From positions 1 to 45,032 of the forward strand of contig JAZRGF010000119.1 in assembly GCA_045644005.1 (NCBI GenBank): a stretch of 45,032 nucleotides of DNA, written 5' to 3'. The notes under the pieces were generated by a model. The model had not been told where the DNA came from. It worked only from the letters and a program-made list of their open reading frames with translations, and searched no databases. Shown piece after piece: positions 9,619 through 20,500 of this stretch. This DNA is from Bacteroidaceae bacterium. GTDB taxonomy: Bacteria; Bacteroidota; Bacteroidia; Bacteroidales; Bacteroidaceae. Within the stretch, counting starts at the first letter, position 1; each line of letters begins with the position of its first letter. The position numbers and the translations under genes are program-made.

Positions 9619-12342
9619 ATGGAAAAAAAAGTGCATGAGAAGATGCATGCAAATGAAAAAGCAGCGCATAATGGTGCGCATGCCGGCAAAGGAGAAATGG
9701 GGAAGGGTGCCGGGCCTCTTGGCGCGGTGAGTGCGGTGCTCAATGGGCTACCTTCAATACTTACGGGAAACCTGTTTGCGGTGCTCTTCTTTGTGGCGGT
9801 ATGGGCGTTGCTCGTTTTCTGCGAGCCGGCGCTTCTGTTCCGTGTCAACGAGCTCTCGGTATTCTTGTATGACAATCTTTTCTATGAGGAGTTGATGTCG
9901 TTGCCGGCAGGTATACTCTATTATGTTGCCAGCTGGTTCGTGCAGTTCTTTTATATGCCGCTGTTGGGAGCTACGATATATGTGGGGCTTCTGGCCTTTG
10001 TCTATTGGCTTACATACAGGGTGTTCGATATTTCCCCAAGGCGCAGGCTGCTGGCGATGTTGCCTGTGGTAGCTCTCCTTGCAACGAATACCGAACTTGG
10101 ATATTGGATTTTCTATGTAAAGATTCCCGGTTATTATTATGTTGCGTTGTTAGGAGTGCTGTTCTCTCTTTTGGCGGCTTGGGTGGTGAAGATTGCCCAT
10201 TTCTCTCTGAAACCGTTCCTCATTGCCGCTTGGGTTGCATTTGCCTATCCTTGTTTGGGAGTCTATGCTATTGTATCGGGTGTAGTCATGGGCATTCACG
10301 CTCTTTGTAGTGCCATAGGTGGCAGGCAAGGCGTGCTTGGGGGTGTTGTCTCCTCGTTGACGCTGGCCGTGGCTGCCGCGGCAGCCTATCTTGTGCCTGC
10401 ATACTATTATGGACGCTACACAACTGTGCCTCTTGAGGAGATGCATATGGCGGCATTGCCTTCCTCGCAGTGGAAAAGCGAGCATGTGCCCGACAAAGAG
10501 TATAAGGAAGAGGTGATGTCCGTTATTGCCGATGTCAATGGCCGCGTGGGTTATCCTGTGGCCAAGGTACTGACAAAGTTCAGGATAAACATAGACGGCA
10601 GTTTCTCGCAGAAGGCGATAAAGAATGCCAAGGATGAGTTGTATGCAAGTGGCGACATTAACCGCCCTGTGAGTGGGAAGATCTATGCGCTTCTTTTTGT
10701 TGGCAAGGATGGACGTGAGTTCTACATAAATGAGGTGGGGGAAGGTGTTGCGCTCGTCGAAAGGGTGAACGGAGTGCCTGTTCCCAAGTCAGGGCATTTT
10801 GAGTGTGTTCAGGATAAAAAGCTCAAAGATGTAGTGATGTTCAAGACTTCGGGTGGCAGATATCTTGTATGGCGTAAACAGCAGCTCGAGGGTGAAGAAA
10901 GATTTTCTGTCGGGTTGTCATCGTCGCCCGATGGGCACAATGCATATTGTACAGTCCTGAAGATGAAAAAGGAGGGTGCTGTGCAGGTGTCCGACGAGTC
11001 TGAACTGTTCGGGCTGGTGAATATGATGGTGTTTGATGGCAAGATACAGCCCGATGGCCGTTATGAACAGCTGTGCGTGCCAACCCTGGCCGGCGGGGAG
11101 ATTATAGGTCTTTCGGCTGCTGTGTTTGACGATGCACGTACATCGGCATTGCGTATTGAGGAGGTCGGGTTCAAGCCATTGCCCTTCTCGCTTGAAATCC
11201 AGGAACGGTCAAGGTGGTATGACGTCGAGGCCAACTGGCTGCCGTTCTGGCTGTTGCTGTTGTCGTTTGTGCTTCTTGCAATCATGTCGCTTGTACCGCA
11301 AAATTGTCAGTGCTGCAAGGCCGGTGCTTGGCACGGTATCCTGTGGCTGTTTGCTGCAATATTGCTTGCGGGTCTATGCCGTTTGTTCTGGTACGACAAC
11401 GATAATTTCAGAATAGAGAACAAACAGAACTGGGCGATGTGGAACGAGGAGTGGGAGACGGTTGTCTCTTTGGCTCAAGATGCGGTGATACCGACCCGCC
11501 AGATTGTCATGAACAAGAATGTTGCTCTGTTGAAACTAGGGCGCTCAGGCGCAGAAATGTTCTCTTACCCCGAGGGTAGTGCCGATATTGAAGCTTCGAT
11601 ACCGGTGCGCTTGGCGCAGACTGGCGGCAAGATGGCCTATTATCAATATGGCAAGTTTAATTTCTGCTACCGTTGGTGTGTTGAGGATGCTGTGGAGTAT
11701 GGTTGGAGAATCGAGTATCTGAAGCACGCGGTGCGTTCAATGCTCTTGGCAGGTGAACATCGTCTTGCCGAGAGGTATATCAATATTTTGAAACAGACTT
11801 TGTTCTATTCTGATTGGGCCTGTGAAATGGAGACATATATTAATGACCCAGAGTCTTTACTCCGCAACAGGGAATTCTTTATGCCTTTGAATATGACTTG
11901 TTACAATGATTTCCTGGATGTGGACGAGTCATACGTGGAGGCATACCTGACAAAGAATCTGACGAATGCGACAGGTAAGATGTCGCGCGTCTATGTCGAG
12001 GCAGCATTGGCGTCTGCCCTCACACGCAAGGATGCAAAGTCATTCTGGTTCTTCCTGAACTATTATGTCAATGAACTCAAGGCAAGTTCTTTGCCAAGGT
12101 ACTATCAGGAGGCAGTTGTGCTTTTCATGAATGTGGACAAAGGCCGTACCGTCCAGGTGCCAAAGGCCTTCCTTGACAACTTTATATCTGTGGGTACGAA
12201 TACCAGGATGACAAGGTTCATGCAACTTGTCTCAAGGCATAAGGGGATGAGCGAAGAGGAGATGGCACCGTTTTTCAAAGATGAGTTCGGCGACTCTTAT
12301 TTCTACTTCTATTTCTTTGTGCGTAATATAAAAACCAATTGA
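9619..12342 (+). CDS. polytopic inner-membrane protein, DUF6057-like, with a large soluble insertion and a C-terminal soluble domain
   Basis: 907 aa. About 8 hydrophobic helices lie between residues 40 and 280, including LPAGILYYVASWFVQFFYMPLLGATIY, which I recall as DUF6057-like. A soluble stretch of about 250 aa follows, then 2 more helices (WLPFWLLLLSFVLLAIMSLV, ILWLFAAILLAGLCRLFW) and a tail of about 300 aa. Confidence 0.55.
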   Translation: MEKKVHEKMHANEKAAHNGAHAGKGEMGKGAGPLGAVSAVLNGLPSILTGNLFAVLFFVAVWALLVFCEPALLFRVNELSVFLYDNLFYEELMSLPAGILYYVASWFVQFFYMPLLGATIYVGLLAFVYWLTYRVFDISPRRRLLAMLPVVALLATNTELGYWIFYVKIPGYYYVALLGVLFSLLAAWVVKIAHFSLKPFLIAAWVAFAYPCLGVYAIVSGVVMGIHALCSAIGGRQGVLGGVVSSLTLAVAAAAAYLVPAYYYGRYTTVPLEEMHMAALPSSQWKSEHVPDKEYKEEVMSVIADVNGRVGYPVAKVLTKFRINIDGSFSQKAIKNAKDELYASGDINRPVSGKIYALLFVGKDGREFYINEVGEGVALVERVNGVPVPKSGHFECVQDKKLKDVVMFKTSGGRYLVWRKQQLEGEERFSVGLSSSPDGHNAYCTVLKMKKEGAVQVSDESELFGLVNMMVFDGKIQPDGRYEQLCVPTLAGGEIIGLSAAVFDDARTSALRIEEVGFKPLPFSLEIQERSRWYDVEANWLPFWLLLLSFVLLAIMSLVPQNCQCCKAGAWHGILWLFAAILLAGLCRLFWYDNDNFRIENKQNWAMWNEEWETVVSLAQDAVIPTRQIVMNKNVALLKLGRSGAEMFSYPEGSADIEASIPVRLAQTGGKMAYYQYGKFNFCYRWCVEDAVEYGWRIEYLKHAVRSMLLAGEHRLAERYINILKQTLFYSDWACEMETYINDPESLLRNREFFMPLNMTCYNDFLDVDESYVEAYLTKNLTNATGKMSRVYVEAALASALTRKDAKSFWFFLNYYVNELKASSLPRYYQEAVVLFMNVDKGRTVQVPKAFLDNFISVGTNTRMTRFMQLVSRHKGMSEEEMAPFFKDEFGDSYFYFYFFVRNIKTN

Positions 12343-12358
12343 TTCAAAGGTGATTGTC

Positions 12359-13867
12359 ATGAAAAATATAACGAGATGTACACTGCTTGCCGCATTGCTT
12401 GCATGTGCGGCATGTACCCCGGATGTGCCGGCTGTTCCAACGGTATTTGATGCCCTTGATACGAAGCCGGCAATATACCCCGATTATGCCGATGTGGTGG
12501 TGCCCTGCAATATTGCTCCACTTGTGTTCGGCGTTGTGGATGAGGCCGATGACTATGTGACGCGTTTCACGGCGGGAGATGAGGAGCTTGTCTGTGGCGG
12601 CCGCGAGGTCTCGCCGGCTATGGCTGAATGGCGTGCGCTGATGGAGAGCGCTGCCGGTGCCCGTGTGAGCGTGGAGGTCTATGCCGGCAGTGACGGCAAA
12701 TGGAAAAAGTATGCCCCCTTCTCGGTGGGTGTGTCGGCCGACACTGTCGACAGGTATATATCCTACAGGTTGATACCTCCCTCTTATGTGGCCTATGAGA
12801 AATTGACGATTTCGCAACGTGACCTCACCACATTTGACGAGACGGTCATATATAACAACAAACTTGTCTCCTCTGAGCCCGATGGTCAATGTATAAATTG
12901 CCATGCCTACAAGAATCACAGGACCGACAATATGCAGTTTCATGTACGCCAGTACCTTGGCGGAACGATATTTGTGCATAATGGTGAACTCAAGAAGGTG
13001 AACCTCAAGACCGACTCCACAATATCGGCCGGAGTATATCCTTTCTTCAACCCGCGATATGATGTCGTGGCCTATTCGGTGAACAATACCGGACAGGTTT
13101 TCCATACCAAGGAACCTAACAAGGTCGAGGTGCAGGACCAGGCGAGCGATGTCATTGTCTATGATCCTGTGAAGGAAGTGGTGGCTCACGTTGCCAATGA
13201 CCCCGACTGTCTTGAGGTGTTCCCGGCATGGTCGCCCGATGGGGAGATGCTCTATTACTGTTCGGCATACTTCCCAAAACGTAATGACGTGCCTCATGTG
13301 GAGAATATGATCCGCAACTACAAGGATGTCAAGTATGACATTCTGCGCCGTCCGTGGAATCCCGTGACGGGTGAGTTCGGCGCCGTCGATACGGTATTTG
13401 CAGCGTCGGCACTGGGAAAGAGTGCAACGTTTCCGCGTGTCTCTCCATGTGGCCGATATCTGCTCTTTGCGTTGGCCGAGTATGGCTGTTTCCACATTTG
13501 GCACCATGATGCCGACCTCTACTTGATGGATTTGCAGAGCGGTGATTGCCAACCTCTTGAGAATGCGAATTCAGACTTCCCCGAGAGCTACCACTCCTGG
13601 AGCAGTACCGGCAGGTGGATTCTCTTTGCCAGCCGTCGTGACGACACGAACTACAGTCGCTTGTATATGGCTCATATGAACGGTGACGGAACTTGTGACA
13701 AGGCATTCCTCCTGCCGCAGGCCGAGAGTGAATATTATGACTTTTTCGACCGTTCCTACAATGTTCCCGAGTTTATGATAGAACCCGTCCGATTTACTCC
13801 GTATGAGTTCCTCGAGGTGGTGAAAGGCGACGCTGTAAATGTTAAATATTCGTCTGCTATCAGGTGA
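12359..13867 (+). CDS. lipoprotein with a CXXCH heme-c-type motif and TolB/PD40-like beta-propeller repeats
   Basis: ATG at 12359 (the track's 12350 is a GTG). Lipobox LLAALLACAAC. DGQCINCHAYKNH carries CXXCH. PD40-like repeats include PAWSPDGEMLYYCS, FPRVSPCGRYLLFA and SWSSTGRWILFASRRDD. The gap to the upstream gene is 16 nt. Confidence 0.6.
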   Translation: MKNITRCTLLAALLACAACTPDVPAVPTVFDALDTKPAIYPDYADVVVPCNIAPLVFGVVDEADDYVTRFTAGDEELVCGGREVSPAMAEWRALMESAAGARVSVEVYAGSDGKWKKYAPFSVGVSADTVDRYISYRLIPPSYVAYEKLTISQRDLTTFDETVIYNNKLVSSEPDGQCINCHAYKNHRTDNMQFHVRQYLGGTIFVHNGELKKVNLKTDSTISAGVYPFFNPRYDVVAYSVNNTGQVFHTKEPNKVEVQDQASDVIVYDPVKEVVAHVANDPDCLEVFPAWSPDGEMLYYCSAYFPKRNDVPHVENMIRNYKDVKYDILRRPWNPVTGEFGAVDTVFAASALGKSATFPRVSPCGRYLLFALAEYGCFHIWHHDADLYLMDLQSGDCQPLENANSDFPESYHSWSSTGRWILFASRRDDTNYSRLYMAHMNGDGTCDKAFLLPQAESEYYDFFDRSYNVPEFMIEPVRFTPYEFLEVVKGDAVNVKYSSAIR

Positions 13868-13908
13868 TTTTTTAATAAATGTTTGTTAAAAACCTTAAAA
13901 AGGCGATT

Positions 13909-13955
13909 CTTCCATTTTTTTGCATTTGTTGCAAAGGAATGGAAGTTTTTTTTTT
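13909..13955 (+). terminator. rho-independent terminator
   Basis: CTTCCATT..(TTTGCA-TTTGT-TGCAAA)..AATGGAAG followed by a T10 run. Confidence 0.65.
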
Positions 13956-14026
13956 ATTCTGTGTTAAAAAACAGTTTTGTGCCTGAAAAAAAAGGACTAT
14001 TTGTGCGAAAATCTATTTAAAATTCT

Positions 14027-14034
14027 TATTTTTG
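14027..14034 (+). promoter_or_regulatory. Bacteroidota -7 promoter box for the PUL-like operon
   Basis: TATTTTTG in a long AT-rich intergenic region, about 80 nt upstream of the ATG at 14115. Confidence 0.4.
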
Positions 14035-14114
14035 CACGTTAACTATGGGGTAATTGTGCCTCAACGTGAAATGTTTAAAAAAAACAAAAAATAATAATTA
14101 ATAAATTTGTAGTT

Positions 14115-17100
14115 ATGTTTAAACACCGTTTGACAAAATTTGGCATCTCGTCGTTCATTGCGATGTTCATGCTTTTTATCGGTGGTTCACTGCAGTCATG
14201 TAAGGATTGGCTCGATGTTTATCCTTATGACGATCCCGGTGATCCCGAGTGGTTGGGTTCAAGTGTTTATGATTTCCTCAAAGAGGGAACCCCAAATCAC
14301 ACTTATAGCCACTTCGTTGCACTTATCGACAGCCTGGGTGAGGCGGAGACGCTCTCGTACACAGGTAGCAAGACATTGTTTGTGGCCGATGACGAGGCTT
14401 TTGAACGCTTCTTCAGCAATAACGATTGGGTCTCTCGCAATGGTGACAGCTGTGTAAATAGTGTCAGCGAAATGACAAAGGCTCAGATGAAGACCATTCT
14501 CTACAACTCAATGCTTGACAATGCGATGTTGCTTGACATGCTTTCAAGCACAAGCTCGGATGAGGTTATGGAGGGAACCTGTCTGCGTCGTCTCTCTTCT
14601 GCAGCTGTCATTGATACAATCCCCTTGATTGATGACTCAAACTGGCCTGCATACAACCACTATTGGGATGTAATCCGTGGAAAGGACAGAACAGACGGTA
14701 TACGTCTTGCCATGGATGGCACAAATGTGATGTTGGTGCACTTCCTTAACGATTATTTGAAAAAACAAAACATTAAAGCGTCGGATATCGCGTTCCTTTT
14801 CAAAAAGAAAGGAAACGCAGTAAAGACCTTTACCGATGGTGATGCGTTTATCTATGGAAACAAGATCGTTTCAAACGATGTGAATACAGGTTCTTACTCC
14901 GATGATACATTGACTATCATATGTAAGAACGGTTATCTCTATCGTATGGATTCGCTTCTCATTCCGCCAATGAGTATGGCCGGTGAGATTCGCAAACACC
15001 CCGATACCAGAATCTTCAGTCATATGCTTGACCGTTTCTGTGTGCCCGAGTATAGCAAGGAGCTGTCCGATAAATACTTGGCTAAATATAAGGTGAATGA
15101 GAAAATCTACAGATTGCGCTACTTCACATCTGAATATACAGCACACGATTCGTTGACCAAAGCAAAGGTGACTCTTGAGGAGAGCGAGTTGCTGAACTAC
15201 GATCCGGGCAACAACAGCTTGAAGGAGAAGGACGGTGTTGCGTCTGATATGGCGGCCATGTTTGTTCCTACGGACGAGGCAATGTATGAGTATTTCAGCC
15301 CCGAAGGTGCGGGATACTTCCTCTTGACAAACTTTGCTCCCGATGTGAAAGTGACCGATTACAAGAGCCTGATGAGTGCGCTTGACAGCGTTCCTCAAAC
15401 AAATATCGCTCTTATAATCAACAACCTGATGAAACTCTCTTTCAAAGAGGCGGTGTTGAGCAATTTCAACAAGATTATGGATGATGCCAACGAGCCAATG
15501 GGCATCGATTCTACGCATGTGGACGAATGCGTTGTTGCAAACAACGGTGTTATATATATATTGAACAAGGCATTTGGCCCTGCTACATATGAATCGGTCT
15601 ACGGTCCTACAACCGTGCTCAACAATATGACAATCATTAAAACCGTCATTGAACAGTTGCGCTATGACTACTATCTGCTTGCAATGGATGCCCGCTATAC
15701 ATTCATTGTTCCCGAAGATGGACACTTCCTGTATTACGATCCGCTGACAGTGACAGCCGATAAAGCCAAGCTCTATTCTTTCCACTATGACACTAACATG
15801 CCAAAACAGAATGGAGCCAAGAAGTTCTGGGCCAATGTATACCAGTTTGACCCTGCAACTTATGAGATTGTCGATACATTGACCGAAGAGAGTTGGCCGG
15901 TTCCTGTCGAGAAGGAACAGAAACCATTTAACGGTATAGCCCAATTTGCTGCAAACCGCATGGAAGACCTGATGGAATACCTTATTATAGTACACGATGC
16001 CGGCGAGGATATTTTCACTTCTCACAACAAGTATTTCATGACAAAGGGATATGGAACAATCAAGGTCGATAAAAGCAATCATGATGCGGTAAAGTTCTAT
16101 GGCGGTGAGCAACTTGAGAATGGTACCTATGTTGTATCTTCAACAACAAGTCCCCAGAAGAACGGTGTGACATTCAGTACAGTGCCCGGTCAGGAGAATA
16201 CTCCAACACGTCTGTATACATCCATCCCTACCCCTCCTACAAGGTCGGTGTATGATAACATGAAGATGCATCCTCAGTTCTCGGGCTTCTTCAATTTGTG
16301 CTATCCGGGTGAGGATTATGCGTCAAACGACTCAGCAGTCTCTACATTGAGGAAAGTCTTCAAGATAAAGACTGCCAACAGCCAAAAGGAGTTGTATGAC
16401 TCGGCAAAGCAGTACTCAATCTTCTATACACAGACATTGAATCCGTCAAAGCCGAAAGAAAAGGGACGTATTACTGACTATACAAAGAATATTGTGCCGT
16501 TCTTCAATATCTATCACTATACTGTATACGCACCATCCAATGATGCTATAAATGAGGTTATTGATCTTGGTCTTCCTACTTGGGAGCAGGTGGATACCGT
16601 TGTCAACACGGGACGAAACTTGAAGGCTGCCTCAATGTTGCGCTCTATCATAGAATTCGCGAAGTATCACTTCCAGGATAATTCTGTTTATGTTGATAAT
16701 GAAATTGCTGCGAAAAAATATACTTCGGCAGTGATTAATCCAAAGACAAACAGATTCTATGAGCTGCAGGTGCAGCAGGATGGCAACACCTTTACCGTTA
16801 AGGGCGAAGTCGGTGATCCAAGACGCGTTATCTTGACCACCGATGATAGAGAGAACAAGGATTGGAATATCATGTGCCGTGATAACGTGTACACGTCTAA
16901 AACAACCGGCATGGATGCCGAATTGGAACTCTACTCTTCATCTTCATTTGCAGTATTGCAGCCAATCGACGGCGCGCTCTTGAACGAGAACATGTTTGGT
17001 TACGATGGTCGCTTCAAACGTTTTGCCGACAATGGTGCTACAGTTGACATAATGTATGTCGATGGTACCGGTAACACCACAATTGATGGTGTGGATTACT

Positions 17101-17498
17101 ACCTTGTTGCAAATGTGGGAAATGTCCAGGTTACAGGTATTGAAGGTATTGAGGCCGATGAAGCCCTTCAGGAGACACACAGGGTTGCTTATCTTATGAC
17201 TCCTATTGATGAAACAGAGGCCGGTCACGAGTGGCCTTATACACGCGAGAAACTTTTGGAAGAAAAAGTCAGTGTGAATGGTAAATGGGAATACCTGCCT
17301 ATACTCGTTTCTGATGAGGGATTCCAGATTAAGGAAGTCGAGACTAAAAGCTCGGGCAAGGTTGTGAAATCATATGTATATAAGACCACCGAGAAAAACG
17401 GTATTATATATAAGGTGAAATTGGATTGCAACGCCGAAATCAAGGAAGAGGTTCCGGTTGGCAAGGTCACTCCCGAAGAAGGCGGTGAGAACAACTGA
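14115..17498 (+). CDS. surface lipoprotein with about four fasciclin (FAS1)-like domains
   Basis: 1127 aa. Lipobox GGSLQSC. Repeated FAS1 H1-type motifs: TLFVADDEAFERFF, AMFVPTDEAMYEYF, YTFIVPEDGHF, YTVYAPSNDAINEV. H2-type motifs: KNGYLYRMDSLLIPP, NNGVIYILNKAF. Confidence 0.7.
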   Translation: MFKHRLTKFGISSFIAMFMLFIGGSLQSCKDWLDVYPYDDPGDPEWLGSSVYDFLKEGTPNHTYSHFVALIDSLGEAETLSYTGSKTLFVADDEAFERFFSNNDWVSRNGDSCVNSVSEMTKAQMKTILYNSMLDNAMLLDMLSSTSSDEVMEGTCLRRLSSAAVIDTIPLIDDSNWPAYNHYWDVIRGKDRTDGIRLAMDGTNVMLVHFLNDYLKKQNIKASDIAFLFKKKGNAVKTFTDGDAFIYGNKIVSNDVNTGSYSDDTLTIICKNGYLYRMDSLLIPPMSMAGEIRKHPDTRIFSHMLDRFCVPEYSKELSDKYLAKYKVNEKIYRLRYFTSEYTAHDSLTKAKVTLEESELLNYDPGNNSLKEKDGVASDMAAMFVPTDEAMYEYFSPEGAGYFLLTNFAPDVKVTDYKSLMSALDSVPQTNIALIINNLMKLSFKEAVLSNFNKIMDDANEPMGIDSTHVDECVVANNGVIYILNKAFGPATYESVYGPTTVLNNMTIIKTVIEQLRYDYYLLAMDARYTFIVPEDGHFLYYDPLTVTADKAKLYSFHYDTNMPKQNGAKKFWANVYQFDPATYEIVDTLTEESWPVPVEKEQKPFNGIAQFAANRMEDLMEYLIIVHDAGEDIFTSHNKYFMTKGYGTIKVDKSNHDAVKFYGGEQLENGTYVVSSTTSPQKNGVTFSTVPGQENTPTRLYTSIPTPPTRSVYDNMKMHPQFSGFFNLCYPGEDYASNDSAVSTLRKVFKIKTANSQKELYDSAKQYSIFYTQTLNPSKPKEKGRITDYTKNIVPFFNIYHYTVYAPSNDAINEVIDLGLPTWEQVDTVVNTGRNLKAASMLRSIIEFAKYHFQDNSVYVDNEIAAKKYTSAVINPKTNRFYELQVQQDGNTFTVKGEVGDPRRVILTTDDRENKDWNIMCRDNVYTSKTTGMDAELELYSSSSFAVLQPIDGALLNENMFGYDGRFKRFADNGATVDIMYVDGTGNTTIDGVDYYLVANVGNVQVTGIEGIEADEALQETHRVAYLMTPIDETEAGHEWPYTREKLLEEKVSVNGKWEYLPILVSDEGFQIKEVETKSSGKVVKSYVYKTTEKNGIIYKVKLDCNAEIKEEVPVGKVTPEEGGENN

Positions 17499-17526
17499 TT
17501 GGTGATGTAGAAAAAACATAATAGCT

Positions 17527-20500
17527 ATGATAAAAATAAAGCATTTATTTCTGCTCGTGCTTCTCTGCTTTATAAGCAGCAGTGTATTTGCACAAAAGGG
17601 TGCGAGAATTTCGGGTACGATTACAAGTGATGCCGAAGGTCCGCTGATTATGGTGAACATCACCGAGCGCGACCCAAGCAATCGTATCATCGAGGCTTGT
17701 GTGACCGACTTCGAGGGTAACTTCTCAATGGTGGTAAAGAATACAAGCAATGTTCTTGAGATTTCATATGTGGGTTACAAAACACAGCGTGTCGAAATTG
17801 GCAGCCGCACCGTCTTCAATATCAAGATGGTTGAGGACAACATGCTCGAGACTGTCGATATCGTTGCTGAATCCCGTTCACGTTCGGGTGGTCTTGATAT
17901 TCTTGACCGCGAGATGACCCATGCGACACAGAAGATTAGCATGGACGACATGGACGGTCTTTCATTTGCGTCGGTCGATGAGGCTCTTCAGGGACAGATT
18001 GCCGGTCTTGACGTCGTTTTCAACTCTGGTGACGTAGGTTCTGGTACACAGATGCGTCTTCGTGGTAACTCGACACTTGGCGGTGATGCAACCCCACTTA
18101 TCGTGGTGGATGACAACATCTTCGAGGTAGACGAGGGTACAAATATCCGTGAGGATGCTACTGCCGAGAACTTCGCCGAGCTTCTCATGATCAATACCGA
18201 GGATATTGCCGAGATTGAGGTGTTGAAGGATGCTGCCTCATGTGCAGTGTATGGTTCGCGTGGTGCCAACGGTGTCATCAAAATCAAGACAAGACGTGGT
18301 AAGCGTGGTCCGGCCCGCGTAAACTTCTCGTACAAGTTCAAGGACAAATGGACTCCAACCGGTTACAACTTGCTTAATGGTGATGACTACACCATGCTTA
18401 TCAAGCAGGCTCTTTTCAATATGAACCACAAAACCGAGGAGGTGAACATCGATGAGCTCAACTATGACAAGAATTTCTCCGAGTACGAGAACTTCAACAA
18501 CAACACAGATTGGGTAGATGCCATTTCAAAGCACGGTTATAGAAATGAGTACAACCTCAATATCAGTGGTGGTGGTGAGAAGGCTACTTTCCGTATTTCA
18601 GGAGCTTATTCAAACGAGAACGGACAGGTGCTTGGTCAGGACCTTAACAGCTTCACAGCACGTTTGGCACTTGACTATTATGTATCGGCACGTATCAAGG
18701 TTATCGCAGACTTCGCTTTCTCATATACAAAGCAGAGACGTAATGCCGAGAGCCTGCTCTACAATGCTTTGCTCATGATGCCTAATATGAGTATCTATAG
18801 TCAGGATTCACTTGGTAACAATACAGATGCCTACTATTCAATGCTGAAGTATGCAACCCCCAACGTCTTGCAGAGTGCAATGCAAGGCCGCAGGAACCCG
18901 CTTGCTGTTGGTGAACTGGCACAGTACCACACCGAGAACTACAGTATCAACCCGATGATTACCTTCGAGTACAACCTGCTTGGTCTTGAGGATAATGAAA
19001 CACAGTTGAAGTATCGCGGTATGGTGAACCTGAATGCCTCTACATATACAGGTTCCAAGTACATGCCTGCAGCCTTGTATACATCGGAGTGGTATGACCA
19101 GAGTAAGAATAGCTCAAATGCCGATGATAGCAAGAGCCTTGGCTTTACAACACGTCATCAGTTGATTTTCACTCCATACCTGGGAAATAAGGATCACTAT
19201 ATGACAATGAACGGACAGTTCGAGCTGTCTACCGGTAGTGGTAACTCGCAGTACTCAACAGCCCTCCATTTGCCTACTGGCAACATCAGCAGTTCTACTG
19301 TAGGTGCGATGCTTACCTCTTCGGGTACGGGTAAGTGGCAGAGCCGCAATGTAAGTTTTGTGTTCGATGCGCACTACTCGTACAAATCGAAATACTCTTT
19401 GCGTCTTGCTGTCCGTGGTGAGGGTAATACCGCAATGGGTGATGATAGAAAATGGGCGGCTTTCCCATCAATCTCGGCACGTTGGAACATTATCGACGAG
19501 TCTTGGATGGAGTGGGCAAAACCTTACTTGAGCATGTTCTCGTTGCGTCCTGGTTTTGGTATTGGTGGACACGCTCCGGGCTCTAATGCTACATTCAATA
19601 CCTACTCTGCTACAGGTCTAAACTACTTGGGTATGGCCGGTTTTGATATGGATGGTATCCGCCTGACCGATTTGCGCCGTTCAAATCTCCGTGAGTTGAA
19701 TATCGGTTCAGACTTCGGTTTCTTCAAGGATTTCTTTACCGGTGCATTCAACTTCTATCATAATACAACCCGTGACAACATCATTCAGGGTTATCGTATT
19801 CCTTCTTCTGCCGGTGTTATTGATAAGAACTCGGGCACATATGCGTTGGCATACAAGAATTCAGGTACCGTACGAAATTATGGTTGGGAGCTTAACATGA
19901 ACCTCAATAACATTAAGTTGGCAAAGGATTTCTCAATGTCATTGTACTTTAATATAGGTAATAACTACAACGAGATTCTTGAACTTGAGGAGGCATATCT
20001 TGATGCGAAGAACCCCGACTATACTTCTCCTGTAAACAGTCAATACCTCTCTCGCATACAGATAGGTAACCCAAGCGGTGCAATCTACGGTTTCCGCTAT
20101 AAGGGTGTCTATCGTTACAGCTACAAGAACTGGGAGAAGGCTCTTGCCGAGGAAGAGGCCGGACGCAACGGTACCTGTCCTATTGTTCGCGATGCCGATG
20201 GCAACGTTGTCTATGATGCCAGCGGAAAGCCAAAGAAGCTTGTCCTTTTCTATGACAATGAGAAAGGAACAAACAAATATGTGTTCAAGGGCGGTGATGC
20301 TATCTATGAAGACATCAACCATGACGGTACAATCAACCAGCTCGATATCGTCTACCTGGGTAACTCCAACCCTGCAGCTCAGGGTGGTTTCGGTTTGACA
20401 TTCCGTTACAAGAAATGGTCATTGAGAACATCTTTCACATACCGTTGGAATGTTGATGTCGTGAACAGCTCACGCATGTCATTTGAGAACATGGCAACGT

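Noticed and set aside
12344-13552. 402-aa ORF on the minus strand
   Set aside because: It is entirely antisense to the well-supported CXXCH/PD40 lipoprotein gene. Its composition is Arg/His/Ile-rich with no motifs, which is typical of a shadow ORF in GC-rich coding DNA.
13868-14114. Possible invertible (phase-variable) promoter upstream of the PUL-like operon
   Set aside because: I looked for inverted repeats flanking the promoter box. I found only the upstream terminator hairpin and a 6-bp CACGTT/AACGTG pair in the leader. There are no convincing 15-25-bp inverted repeats and no nearby recombinase.
14871-16112. 413-aa ORF on the minus strand
   Set aside because: It is antisense to the FAS1 lipoprotein gene in the middle of a co-oriented operon, and it has low-complexity, Cys/His/Ile-rich pseudo-protein composition.
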